A DNA stretch of 64,000 bases from Nitrospirota bacterium (GTDB lineage Bacteria; Nitrospirota; UBA9217), in assembly GCA_963840455.1 (NCBI GenBank), contig CAWIYV010000011.1:448001-512000 (forward strand), given 5' to 3'. The translations under genes and the position numbers were made by a program. Each line of letters opens with the position of its first letter. Position 1 is the first letter of the stretch. The notes under the pieces were generated by a model. The model did no database searches and was not told the origin of the DNA. It saw only the letters and a list, made by a program, of their open reading frames with translations. Positions 51,304-59,731 of the stretch are shown here, in pieces.

Positions 51304-52053
51304 CTTCAGCTTCCGAAGGTATGCCCGTATCCTCTTTGCATTCGTACCCACGTCGCTCTTCCCTACCCGGGAAAGGGACCGGACGTCGACCCTGCTCCCG
51401 TCCGGCTCCGGCGTGATGCGGATGACCACGTCATCCTTGAACCCGAACCAAAAGGTGGTATCCGTGGCCTCGATGTGCAACCGGTCGGAACTGGCATTCG
51501 CGATCTCCCAGCCCATGTCCCGGGCGGCCAGCACGGCCTGCTCGAACGCGCGGGCCGGCTGCACGGCCAAATGGAGCGGGACGATATCAGGATAGCCCTT
51601 TCGCTGCTGCGCCGCGATGTCGGGGCCGCCGTATTCCACAGGGTTCGCGGCGTTCTTCCTGAGCGGCAGGACAGCAACGAACGTTGGAGGGTTTTCCGTG
51701 TCCGTCGAAATGTCGTGGATAGAGGGGGCCTGCTTGACCGTCCGCAGCCATGACCAGGGAATGCCCGCGGTGAGCAGCCCGATTAGGATGCCGGCGAGGG
51801 AGAGGACCGCGCCCTGCCGCAGGAGCAGCGGCCGGGTCATGATGAGGCCGGCAAGCGACACCGCTGCCGCCGCGATACCGAGGTAAGCGGCGCCTTTCAG
51901 GACCATGAATCCCGTCCGGTAATGCCACCATCCCCACCGGTGCCCGAACCCGGCCAGGGCCGCTGCTAGCCCGGCGAGCACAGCAAGGGAGAAACCAGCT
52001 GCCGGCAGGAGGGCGATCACCAAAGGTTGGCCCCTGTTTTGCTGTCCATCCAT
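51301..52053 (-). CDS. DUF1499 domain-containing protein
   Basis: Three TM helices; IHDISTD, EATDTTFWFGFKDDVVIRI, DVRSLSRVGKSDVGTNAKRI. Confidence 0.9.
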   Translation of the reverse strand: MDGQQNRGQPLVIALLPAAGFSLAVLAGLAAALAGFGHRWGWWHYRTGFMVLKGAAYLGIAAAAVSLAGLIMTRPLLLRQGAVLSLAGILIGLLTAGIPWSWLRTVKQAPSIHDISTDTENPPTFVAVLPLRKNAANPVEYGGPDIAAQQRKGYPDIVPLHLAVQPARAFEQAVLAARDMGWEIANASSDRLHIEATDTTFWFGFKDDVVIRITPEPDGSRVDVRSLSRVGKSDVGTNAKRIRAYLRKLK

Positions 52054-52172
52054 GATCGTTCCCCCCATGATATTTATATTTTGTTGGTGCAGCGTCGTTG
52101 AACTCGATCAATTGATCGGGATCTTGCACTCCCGTATTGTAGCCGGCGACGCAGGCGGTAAGAAGACCTCCG

Positions 52173-52751
52173 CTACCACGGGGGTGGGGCCCAGTACGGA
52201 TAGGGACGCAGCCACGGACCATAACCATAGTACGGGTACGGGTAGGGATAATAGTATGGATAAGGGTAGTAATAGGAGGGGGACCAGTAGTAATAGGGGT
52301 AATCCGTGTACTGGTCCCACAGATAGATCTGGCGTATCTCGAATACCGGATAGGCATATCCCATCTCGTCGATCTTCCCCGTCCGCACTGCGACGAAATC
52401 CGCTGCCACCGATATCTGACGCCCTTTCCGGTAGATCATGGGGTCCAGCAGGCCTTTGGACCTTGGATAGAGCGCGATGAACCGGCCCTGATAATACGCC
52501 GGGTCCTCCAGGGAACCCCGACGGTCCACGTTCACGAACAAGCCCTCGATCTGCGACCCCTGCTCCGTCAGTTTCGTATCCACGATCACGCCGCCGAAGA
52601 CGAAAAGATGGTCCTTAAACACCTCGGGGGTCTCCACAAGGTGGGAAAGCTGGAACTCACGGACCCCTTCCTGCATGAACCGCTTGTCCAACACTGGCGA
52701 GCAACCGGCGAGCAGCAGCGCTGCGATCCCCATGATCAATAACCGTTTCAT
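52173..52751 (-). CDS. Slp family outer-membrane lipoprotein with Tyr/Pro-rich tail
   Basis: LLAG-C lipobox, FGGVIV, GRFIA, LDPMIY, YAYPV. Confidence 0.88.
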   Translation of the reverse strand: MKRLLIMGIAALLLAGCSPVLDKRFMQEGVREFQLSHLVETPEVFKDHLFVFGGVIVDTKLTEQGSQIEGLFVNVDRRGSLEDPAYYQGRFIALYPRSKGLLDPMIYRKGRQISVAADFVAVRTGKIDEMGYAYPVFEIRQIYLWDQYTDYPYYYWSPSYYYPYPYYYPYPYPYYGYGPWLRPYPYWAPPPW

Positions 52752-52806
52752 ATAATAATTTTCTCACCGAAAGAGCTATCTGTCAAGACGGGATAGGTCA
52801 AAATAA

Positions 52807-52835
52807 TTGCATCGACCGTTGCGCCGTGTTATACT
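52807..52835 (+). promoter_or_regulatory. Sigma70 promoter of the redoxin/FTR pair
   Basis: TTGCAT-17 bp-TATACT with extended TG. Confidence 0.55.
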
Positions 52836-52862
52836 GCCGCAGCTTTCCAGCAAGGAGGCGGC

Positions 52863-53126
52863 ATGGCCCCGTCGAAGAACAAGAAGATCAAGCTCTACAC
52901 CCTGAGCACCTGCTCCCACTGTCTGAGGACCAAGAAGTTCTTCAATGATGCGGGTATCGAGGTTGACATTACCGACGTCGATCTCCTGACCGGCGCGGAG
53001 CGCGAACGCATCATGGACGAAGTGCGGAAGCTGAACCCGGACTGCACCTTCCCCACGATCTGCATCGATGACAAGGTCGTCGTGGGATTCAACGAGGAAC
53101 GCATCCGCAAGGCGCTCGGAGAATAG
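52863..53126 (+). CDS. Glutaredoxin/NrdH-like redoxin
   Basis: LYTLSTCSHC, TFPTI, VVGFN. Confidence 0.9.
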   Translation: MAPSKNKKIKLYTLSTCSHCLRTKKFFNDAGIEVDITDVDLLTGAERERIMDEVRKLNPDCTFPTICIDDKVVVGFNEERIRKALGE

Positions 53127-53128
53127 CC

Positions 53129-53461
53129 ATGACCGCGGAAGAGCTCTATCCCATCCTGTCCCGCTACGCCGAATCCCAGGGCATCCGCCTGAACAAGGAC
53201 CGGGATTTCGTCCTGGATATCCTCCGGGGCCTGCTCACGAACGAGCGGCGCTATGGATACCGCTCCTGCCCCTGCCGCCTCGCGTGGGGGACGAAGGAGC
53301 AGGACAAGGACATCGTCTGCCCCTGCGTGTACCGCGACCCGGACATCAAGGAGTACGGAAGCTGTTACTGCGAGCTCTATGTTTCGCCGGACTGGAACGA
53401 AGGGATGATCGAGCATCGGCAGGTGCCGGAGCGCAGGCCCAGGGAAAAACGGAAGATGTAA
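53129..53461 (+). CDS. Ferredoxin:thioredoxin reductase catalytic (beta) subunit
   Basis: YGYRSCPCR...IVCPC...GSCYCELY. Confidence 0.9.
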   Translation: MTAEELYPILSRYAESQGIRLNKDRDFVLDILRGLLTNERRYGYRSCPCRLAWGTKEQDKDIVCPCVYRDPDIKEYGSCYCELYVSPDWNEGMIEHRQVPERRPREKRKM

Positions 53462-53581
53462 GGCACATATTCACCGCAGAGCACCCAGAGGGCGCAGAGG
53501 TAGTAATTCATAACCTGATCCCATTCTCAGCGATCTCGCCTAGAGGCGCCTACTTTTGGCTGCGGTAAAAAGGATCTGATC

Positions 53582-53980
53582 ATGAAAAAGAAAAAGACCC
53601 CGAAAAAAGAGGACATGACGGAATTCGCCTTCAAGGAGTTCACGCCTGAAGAGGACCGCATCTACACCGAGGCAGTGACGAAGTTCCGTGAGGCCGTTGG
53701 CGAGGGCAAAACGCTCAAGCAGGCGTATGAGACCTACATTGTTTCCGACAAGGAGCTGGAGAAGATCATCCAGGCCGATTTCCTGAAGATCATGATCGCT
53801 GAGCGCCATTTCAGCGGAAAGGACCCGCTCGACAAGATCGCGAAGGACCTCGGTATCCCCGCGGAACTCGTGCAGGACACCTACGGCCGCATGCTCCAGG
53901 AGGTCGGCGTCACTGCAGCGAACCAGTTCGCCGAAACGGCCAGGCCCGTGGACGCCGACGAACTGAAAACAAACGACTAG
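53582..53980 (+). CDS. Hypothetical protein
   Basis: 132-aa ORF with host-like codon usage; helical, ADFLKIMIAERHF. Confidence 0.75.
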   Translation: MKKKKTPKKEDMTEFAFKEFTPEEDRIYTEAVTKFREAVGEGKTLKQAYETYIVSDKELEKIIQADFLKIMIAERHFSGKDPLDKIAKDLGIPAELVQDTYGRMLQEVGVTAANQFAETARPVDADELKTND

Positions 53981-54056
53981 GACCTGCGACGGACCGACGG
54001 GCGGTTCTTCCGCGACGGCAAGCCCCTTCTGTGGCAAACCCTATCATCCGGCCGAT

Positions 54057-54247
54057 TTAAGCTCCCTGCAGCAAGATGCAGGGAGTCTTCGATCCCCAAG
54101 GAAGTATCGTTGTTCTAATCGCTCGCTCCTGGATTTAAGCTTCCTGAAGAGAACAGCATGGAGCTTCGATCCTCAAGGTTGTGCTTTATTCTAATCGCTC
54201 GCTAACCCCGCAGCAAGCTGCGGGGAATGCGCTCGCTCCTGGATTAA
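54057..54247 (+). mobile_element. Repeat element A, copies 8 and 9 (head-to-tail tandem)
   Basis: Copy 8 lacks hairpin 2 (deletion between the CGCTCGCT direct repeats); its right end GGATTTA overlaps the left end TTTAAGCT of copy 9. Confidence 0.8.
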
Positions 54248-54316
54248 ACCTATTCTCCTCTTCCGTGTCTACCCTACAACGCTAAAATTCCCGACTTTGT
54301 CGGACAAGGAGGAGCT

Positions 54317-54655
54317 ATGAAAAGGTTATTGATCGCAGCAGCAGTTCTGTCACTGGTAGTTGCAGCAGCGGCCTTCGCCGCAGACAGCGGAACGGCGCCC
54401 AAGGGGCCGGGTATGAGCTTTGAGGAGCAGAAGGCGGATATCCTGAAGCACATCGACACGAGGATGTCCTCCCTCCAGGAGGGGAAGGCCTGCGTGCAGG
54501 CGGCCAAGAACCAAGACGATCTCAAGGCATGCAGGCAAAAGCACCGCGCTGAGATGGATCAGATGCGGGGTGAGCACGGCAAAGGCGGGCACATGGGCGG
54601 ACCTGGTGGAATGGGCGGACCTGGCGGTATGGGCGGCCAGCCTCCAAAGCAGTAA
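54317..54655 (+). CDS. Small secreted hypothetical protein
   Basis: AGGAGG RBS, signal peptide AFA-AD, Cys pair, GGMGGP-repeat tail. Confidence 0.8.
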   Translation: MKRLLIAAAVLSLVVAAAAFAADSGTAPKGPGMSFEEQKADILKHIDTRMSSLQEGKACVQAAKNQDDLKACRQKHRAEMDQMRGEHGKGGHMGGPGGMGGPGGMGGQPPKQ

Positions 54656-54688
54656 CGGGTGTCGAACGACAGATTGTGATGCACAACA

Positions 54689-54723
54689 GCGGGATGGCCG
54701 GAAGGCCATCCCGCTTCCTTTTT
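54689..54723 (+). terminator. Intrinsic terminator
   Basis: GCGGGATGGCC-GGAA-GGCCATCCCGC-TTCCTTTTT. Confidence 0.85.
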
Positions 54724-54774
54724 GAATCTTCTCTTTTTTAAGCAAGCAAATCATACAAGATAGAATCCGATTTT

Positions 54775-54999
54775 TGCATATCCCCTTCGCGTCCTGAATG
54801 AATTTCCTGACCCGTCTAAGGCCACGTTCGCTCGCCCGCACAAACTCGGCCTGTGGCCTCAGACATGCGCGTTCGCCCCTGCGGGGACGCTTCCTTAGGC
54901 CAAGACGGGTGCCCAGGAAATTCATAGGGCCGCTCCGGGGATATGCAGGGTTTGGGTATAGGCCTGCGCATCTGCCTTTCCAAAAGACCCTGCATCCCG
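54775..54999 (-). repeat. Repeat element C, complete copy (long imperfect palindrome 54775-54947)
   Basis: TGCATATCCCC...ATGAATTTCCTGACCCGTCTAAGGCC pairs with GGCCAAGACGGGTGCCCAGGAAATTCAT...GGGGATATGCA. Confidence 0.8.
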
Positions 55000-55105
55000 T
55001 GAATCCAGGAGCGAGGTCGCCCCCGCAGTTTGGGCTCAGCGAGCGACTAGAATAAAGACTACCCTGAGGATCGAAGCTCCATGCAGTTTGCTTTTGGAAG
55101 CTTCA
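55000..55105 (-). mobile_element. Repeat element A, copy 10 (inverted, diverged)
   Basis: TGAATCCAGGAGCGAG...AGCGAGCGACTAGAATAAA...GAGGATCGAAG...AGCTTCA. Confidence 0.75.
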
Positions 55106-55262
55106 ACAGGTCTGTGCACAAGCATGCGGAAGCAGTCAAGGATGGTGGCATCACCAAGCCAGGCAGACACGAACGAGCCCGTTTTGACGGGCGAGGGGAA
55201 GTGCTGCGATGCTCGAGTAAACTTGTCAACAGTACCGGCCCTGCATGCCTGCGCGGACCTGT
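55106..55262 (+). mobile_element. Repeat element B, copy 2
   Basis: ACAGGTCTGTGCACAAGCATGC...GCATGCCTGCGCGGACCTGT. Confidence 0.75.
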
Positions 55263-55373
55263 GAATCCAGGAGCGAGCTCAGCCCCTTAGCTTGGGGCTC
55301 AGCGAGAGATTAGAATAAATTGTTACTTCCCTGAGGATCTAAGCTTCCTTCAGCTTGCTGAAGGGAGCGTTAA
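55262..55373 (-). mobile_element. Repeat element A, copy 11 (inverted)
   Basis: Minus strand reads TTAACGCTCCCTTCAGCAAGCTGAAGGAAG...ATTCTAATCTCTCGCTGA...CTCGCTCCTGGATTCA. Confidence 0.75.
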
Positions 55374-55431
55374 CCGGGGTGCAGAAAATAATACATCGTA
55401 AACTTCCTTGTACGATCATGTGACCGCACCT

Positions 55432-55471
55432 TGTCATTGCGAACGACCGAGCGGGGGCAATAGCAATGACA
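55432..55471. repeat. Short REP-like palindrome (TGTCATTGC...GCAATGACA)
   Basis: Perfect 9-bp terminal inverted repeat. Confidence 0.55.
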
Positions 55472-55605
55472 CAGGGACTGAAGGTGATGAGCCTGTGACC
55501 GTGCTCATAATCCCGGTGACTCCGCCTGCCCCCTATGGTATCATGAAAACCGATCTCGCCGCGAGGCCCGGCGCGCCACTCCAAGGCCCCACAAACTCAC
55601 TCCAA

Positions 55606-56385
55606 ATGATGCTCATGAACATCTGCATAGGGCTTCTTGCCGGCTTCTTCGGAGGCATCACCGGAGGAGGAGGCGGGATCATATCGATCCCTCTGATGGT
55701 GGCCTTCGTCAAGCTCGACCAGCACGCGGCCCACGGCACCAGCCTCGTTGCACTGGTCTTCACCGGCCTGGCCGGCGCCGTGACCTACGCCCTGAACGGC
55801 AGCGTGGACTTTGCCGCATCCATTCTGATCGCAGTGACAGCGGTCGGTACCGCCCGCGCCGGCGCGCACTTCGCTCATTCCCTGCCCGAGTGGAAGTTGA
55901 AGCGCGCCTTCGGCGGCTACCTGCTCATCGTCTCCGCGCTCATGCTGCTCAAACCTTATCTCGGCACGCCGCAGACATTGACGGTCGGCGCGGCCCGGAC
56001 CATCGTGCTGCTCGCGACAGGGGCTGTGGCGGGGTTCGCCTCCGGAATGATGGGGGTTGGCGGCGGAGCGATCATGATCCCCGCGATGGCCCTCCTTGCA
56101 GGTTTCGATCAGCATGTGGCACAGGGCACGTCCCTGCTCGTGATGGTCCCTGCGGGAGGCATGGGCGCGTACACGCATTGGAAGCTCGGCAATGTGCGGA
56201 CCGGCATCCTGCCCGGTATCATCTCAGGCGTCCTTGTTGGTACCTGGCTCGGCGGGACTTTCGCTCAAGTCCTCTCCGATACGGTCCTGCGCGTCATATT
56301 CGCGGTTCTCTTGACCTGGACCGGCATTCGCTATCTCCGGACCCCGACGGTCACAGGAACCGGAAACGAACCACTAAAATCGTAG
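55606..56385 (+). CDS. Sulfite exporter TauE/SafE family protein
   Basis: Duplicated GxxGGGG motifs (GITGGGGG, GMMGVGGG), QHAAHGTSL and QHVAQGTSL; start uncertain. Confidence 0.9.
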   Translation: MMLMNICIGLLAGFFGGITGGGGGIISIPLMVAFVKLDQHAAHGTSLVALVFTGLAGAVTYALNGSVDFAASILIAVTAVGTARAGAHFAHSLPEWKLKRAFGGYLLIVSALMLLKPYLGTPQTLTVGAARTIVLLATGAVAGFASGMMGVGGGAIMIPAMALLAGFDQHVAQGTSLLVMVPAGGMGAYTHWKLGNVRTGILPGIISGVLVGTWLGGTFAQVLSDTVLRVIFAVLLTWTGIRYLRTPTVTGTGNEPLKS

Positions 56386-56532
56386 ATTTATATTCAGCCT
56401 CTGCCTTGCAGCGGCTCGAAAAACCATTGACAAGAATGTTCAATCGTACTACCGTACTGTTGTTCTACGGCTGTACCAACCACACCGCCCTGACCATACA
56501 CCGGTTCTTCCGGAAGCAGCACCATCCCACTC

Positions 56533-56880
56533 TTGGAAGCAGAAAGCGCGAAGATGGACCTACCGCCGGTGATGATCTACGGCGAGGACGTCACCCATAT
56601 CATCACTGAGGAAGGCATTGCAAATCTATTGTTGTGCACAACCCCAGAGGAGCGGGAGCAGGCTATTCGTGGAGTGGCCGGCTCGACGCCAATCGGGCTG
56701 GCGCGAGACAAGCGGATCGTCGAGAACCTGCGCGACCGGAAGGCTATCCTCCGGCCTGGGGACCTCGGCATCAGGGAAAGCGACGCAACTAGGGACATGC
56801 TGTCAGCAAAGACCTTCGAGGACATCATCGAGCTGTCCGGAGGATTGTATGCTCCGCCGGATCAGTGCAGGATGAGGTGA
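56533..56880 (+). pseudogene. mdcA: C-terminal fragment of malonate decarboxylase alpha subunit
   Basis: PPVMIYGEDVTHIITEEGIANL...EREQAIRGVAG...DLGI...DATRDMLSAK...SGGLYAPP; only ~110 aa of a normally ~550-aa protein. Confidence 0.8.
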
Positions 56881-56964
56881 AGAGTTCTTCCTGGCGGAGA
56901 AGCCGGCTCCGCTGGACGTATCTCAGGTCAAAGCCGTGGGTTATCAAGCATAGGAGTCTAGACG

Positions 56965-58008
56965 ATGAAAGTTTTTCTTACGGGGGGCACAGGGTTTATT
57001 GGACAACTACTCGCCAAAGCTTTGCTGGCGCGCGGTTGGAGCGTCACCGCCTTGGTGCGCAATCCGAACAGCCCCCAGGCACGGGCATTGAGCAAGGTGG
57101 GGGCACAGTTGACGATTGGCGATGTTACGGAACGCGAATCCATGCGCACGGCCATGAACGGCGCAGACATCGTCGTGCACAACGCCGGTCACTATGAGTT
57201 CGGTTTAGACAAGGCCGGCAAACAACGTATGCACGCCATCAACGTCACGGGCACTGACAATGTTCTCGGACTCGCTTACGAACTCGGCATTTCACGCACG
57301 GTCTATGTATCAACAGTAGTGGCTTTCGGCGAGACCGGGACTCAAGTACGCGATGAAACCTTCGTGCGCCAGGTGCCATGCCGGACGGCCTATGAACAAT
57401 CGAAAACGGATGCCCATGAAATTGCGCTCCAGCACCAGCAGCGTGGACTGCCGCTCATCATTGTCTGCCCCCACGCTGTGATCGGAACGAACGACCACTC
57501 ATCTTGGGGCTATTTCCTGCGCTTGTACCTCAACCACATGTTGCCGCCGATGGGTTGGTCGCCAAACGCAATCCATGCTCTTGTGTACCGTGAAGACCTG
57601 GCGGAAGGCATCGCCCTTGCGACTGAAAACGGGCGAATCGGCGAGATGTATTTTCTAAGCGGCGAAGCCCGATCTTTCCGCGAACACTTTAATTACTGGA
57701 CCAAGAGGCCAGGAGCCTTCAGACCTTTGGTATGGCTACCCACCAGCCTGGCGGCCTTGTGCTTTGCCCCTTTGGAGCCGGTGCAACGGATGCTGGGTCT
57801 ATCGGCCTTCATCTCACGCGAAACCGTCCTGGCCGCTGCAACGAATTTGTATTACTCAAATGAAAAAGCAAAACGCGAACTGGGTTGGACGCATCGTTCC
57901 GCCGAAGCGATGTGGTTTGCAACGATCGACGGCGAACTTGAACTGCTCTCCAGGCGCAAAGGTCAAAACCTGATCCAGCGCCTGAAGCCCTTGGATGTAG
58001 TTGATTAG
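56965..58008 (+). CDS. NAD-dependent epimerase/dehydratase family protein
   Basis: VFLTGGTGFIG, HNAG, YVST, YEQSK. Confidence 0.9.
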   Translation: MKVFLTGGTGFIGQLLAKALLARGWSVTALVRNPNSPQARALSKVGAQLTIGDVTERESMRTAMNGADIVVHNAGHYEFGLDKAGKQRMHAINVTGTDNVLGLAYELGISRTVYVSTVVAFGETGTQVRDETFVRQVPCRTAYEQSKTDAHEIALQHQQRGLPLIIVCPHAVIGTNDHSSWGYFLRLYLNHMLPPMGWSPNAIHALVYREDLAEGIALATENGRIGEMYFLSGEARSFREHFNYWTKRPGAFRPLVWLPTSLAALCFAPLEPVQRMLGLSAFISRETVLAAATNLYYSNEKAKRELGWTHRSAEAMWFATIDGELELLSRRKGQNLIQRLKPLDVVD

Positions 58009-58064
58009 TTATCTCTGTGTCTGTTCCGGGTCCAATCCCTGTAACGTATGGAATCGAGCTCAGA

Positions 58065-58197
58065 ACCTCGTCATCAAGGAAAGCGACGCAACGCGAGATA
58101 TGCTGTCGGCAAAAACCATTCGAGGACATCATCGAGCAGTCCGGAGGATTGTATGCTCCGCCGGACCAGTGTAGGATGAGATGAAGAACCTTTCCTG
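58065..58197 (+). repeat. Second copy of the mdcA 3' end (direct repeat of 56762-56893)
   Basis: GGAAAGCGACGCAAC...TTCGAGGACATCATCGAGC.GTCCGGAGGATTGTATGCTCCGCCGGA.CAGTG.AGGATGAG.TGAAGA. Confidence 0.9.
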
Positions 58198-58255
58198 TTA
58201 GTGTAACCAAGGAGACATCATTCCTAGGTGCATAGTACAGTATGAGGGAATAACG

Positions 58256-59092
58256 ATGAATGTCTCGGTCCTGGGGTTGGGCATTATCGGAAGCATATGG
58301 GCGAAAAATCTGATCGCCGATGGGCATGCCGTGCGATGCTGGAACCGGACGCCGAAAGATTTCCCTTATTTTCACTTATCCATTCAGGAAGCAGTGGAGG
58401 TCGCGGAAGTGATCTTCATCGTCGTCGCCGACCCGCCGGCCGTTCAGGCCGTTCTGGATCAGATCCTGCCCAAGCTTGCCCCCGGAGCATTGGTGATCCA
58501 ATCGAGCACCATTTCCGCTCACTGGACGCGGATCTTTGCCGAACAAGTCCAACGCACCGGTGCAGTATTCCTGGAAGCGCCCTTTACGGGCAGCAAGATT
58601 GCCGCAGAGAAGCGGCAAACCGTCTATTATCTGGGCGGCGAACCGGAAGTCGTCGAAAAGGTGCGCCCGATCCTCGAACCAATAGCAAGCGCCATCATCC
58701 ATATCGGTCCGCTGGGCTCCGCCTCCTCGTTGAAGCTTGCGATGAACCTGAACGTGGCCGGTGTGGCCCAGAGTTTATGCGAGAGCCTGGCCTTATGCCG
58801 GGCTTCGGGGATCCCCGATGACGTGTATTTCAGCGCGCTGGGGCTTAATGTTTCCCATTCGGGCCTTTCCGATCTGAAAGAATCCAAGCTGCGCTGTTAC
58901 GATTACAGCCCGCAGTTCTCCCTCAAGCACATGGCGAAGGATCTTCGCCTGGCATTGGAGACCGCTGCCAACCTCTCGCTGTCACTTGAACAAACGGAGC
59001 ATCTCAAGAAAATGTACGAACGGGGAATGGCTGCCGGTTGGTCGGAAGATGACTTCATCGGGCTCATGCGGCTCATGGATAAGAGGACATGA
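58256..59092 (+). CDS. NAD(P)-dependent oxidoreductase, 3-hydroxyisobutyrate dehydrogenase family
   Basis: VLGLGIIG, WNRT, SSTIS, EAPFTGS, KLAMN, FSLKHMAKDLRLA. Confidence 0.9.
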   Translation: MNVSVLGLGIIGSIWAKNLIADGHAVRCWNRTPKDFPYFHLSIQEAVEVAEVIFIVVADPPAVQAVLDQILPKLAPGALVIQSSTISAHWTRIFAEQVQRTGAVFLEAPFTGSKIAAEKRQTVYYLGGEPEVVEKVRPILEPIASAIIHIGPLGSASSLKLAMNLNVAGVAQSLCESLALCRASGIPDDVYFSALGLNVSHSGLSDLKESKLRCYDYSPQFSLKHMAKDLRLALETAANLSLSLEQTEHLKKMYERGMAAGWSEDDFIGLMRLMDKRT

Positions 59093-59150
59093 GCTAATAA
59101 AATGAACGGCTTATAATTATGGGTCTTTCCCTTTTCAAGTGGGCAATTCA

Positions 59151-59631
59151 TTGAAGCACCTGCATACTTAGCACAGCAAAGTTCCGGCCTGCCCAAAAAG
59201 GCTCTTTTTTCTGCAGTCCGGCTCGCACTGCGCTGCAGGCATGCAGTTTGTCCGTGGTTTCCTGTTCTGCTCTGTCCGATCCTCAGCACTTCCGCTGACG
59301 CACGTGCTGGAAGCGACACGGTGATCTTCCATGCTTCCGTGACGCATGCCTATGCATCGCCAGTGCTCACGGACCGCAGGGGCTTTTAGAAAAACGGGGC
59401 AGAACTGCTTTGGATCTGCCGTACCCAAAACCCCGGGCAGCCCGGCTGCGACGACTGTGCGTGACGCATGCCCTTTTACGGATCGAACAGGAACCGTCCC
59501 AAAGCAGCGCAGCCGCAGGGGAAGCGCTGCCGGGAATGCAAGAACAGGATAGGAGCGGGCAACAGCACCCTGCATGCTTAGCACAGCGGAGCCACCGGGC
59601 TGCCCAAAAAAGAAAGGGATTTTTTTCTGCA
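59151..59631. repeat. Structured non-coding element: ~60-bp direct repeats enclosing a degenerate inverted repeat
   Basis: GCACC(C)TGCAT.CTTAGCACAGC...CTGCCCAAAAA...TTTTTTCTGCA at ~59156 and ~59565; internal arms CTGCGCTGC..TTCCTGTTC..GATCC and GGATCGAACAGGAA..GCAGCGCAG. Confidence 0.6.
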
Positions 59632-59731
59632 CCCGGTTGTATAATCAGCAAGGGGGACTACAGGATGTCCCTACGTTTCCTAAGTTTCTCCCGCGCCTCG
59701 CCCGCATTCGGCTCTCTGGAAGGAATCTAAG

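Noticed and set aside
56935-59110. attC sites around the epimerase and hydroxyacid dehydrogenase genes
   Set aside because: GTT-containing boxes exist upstream, but no complementary R'' box or L-box pairing was found downstream.
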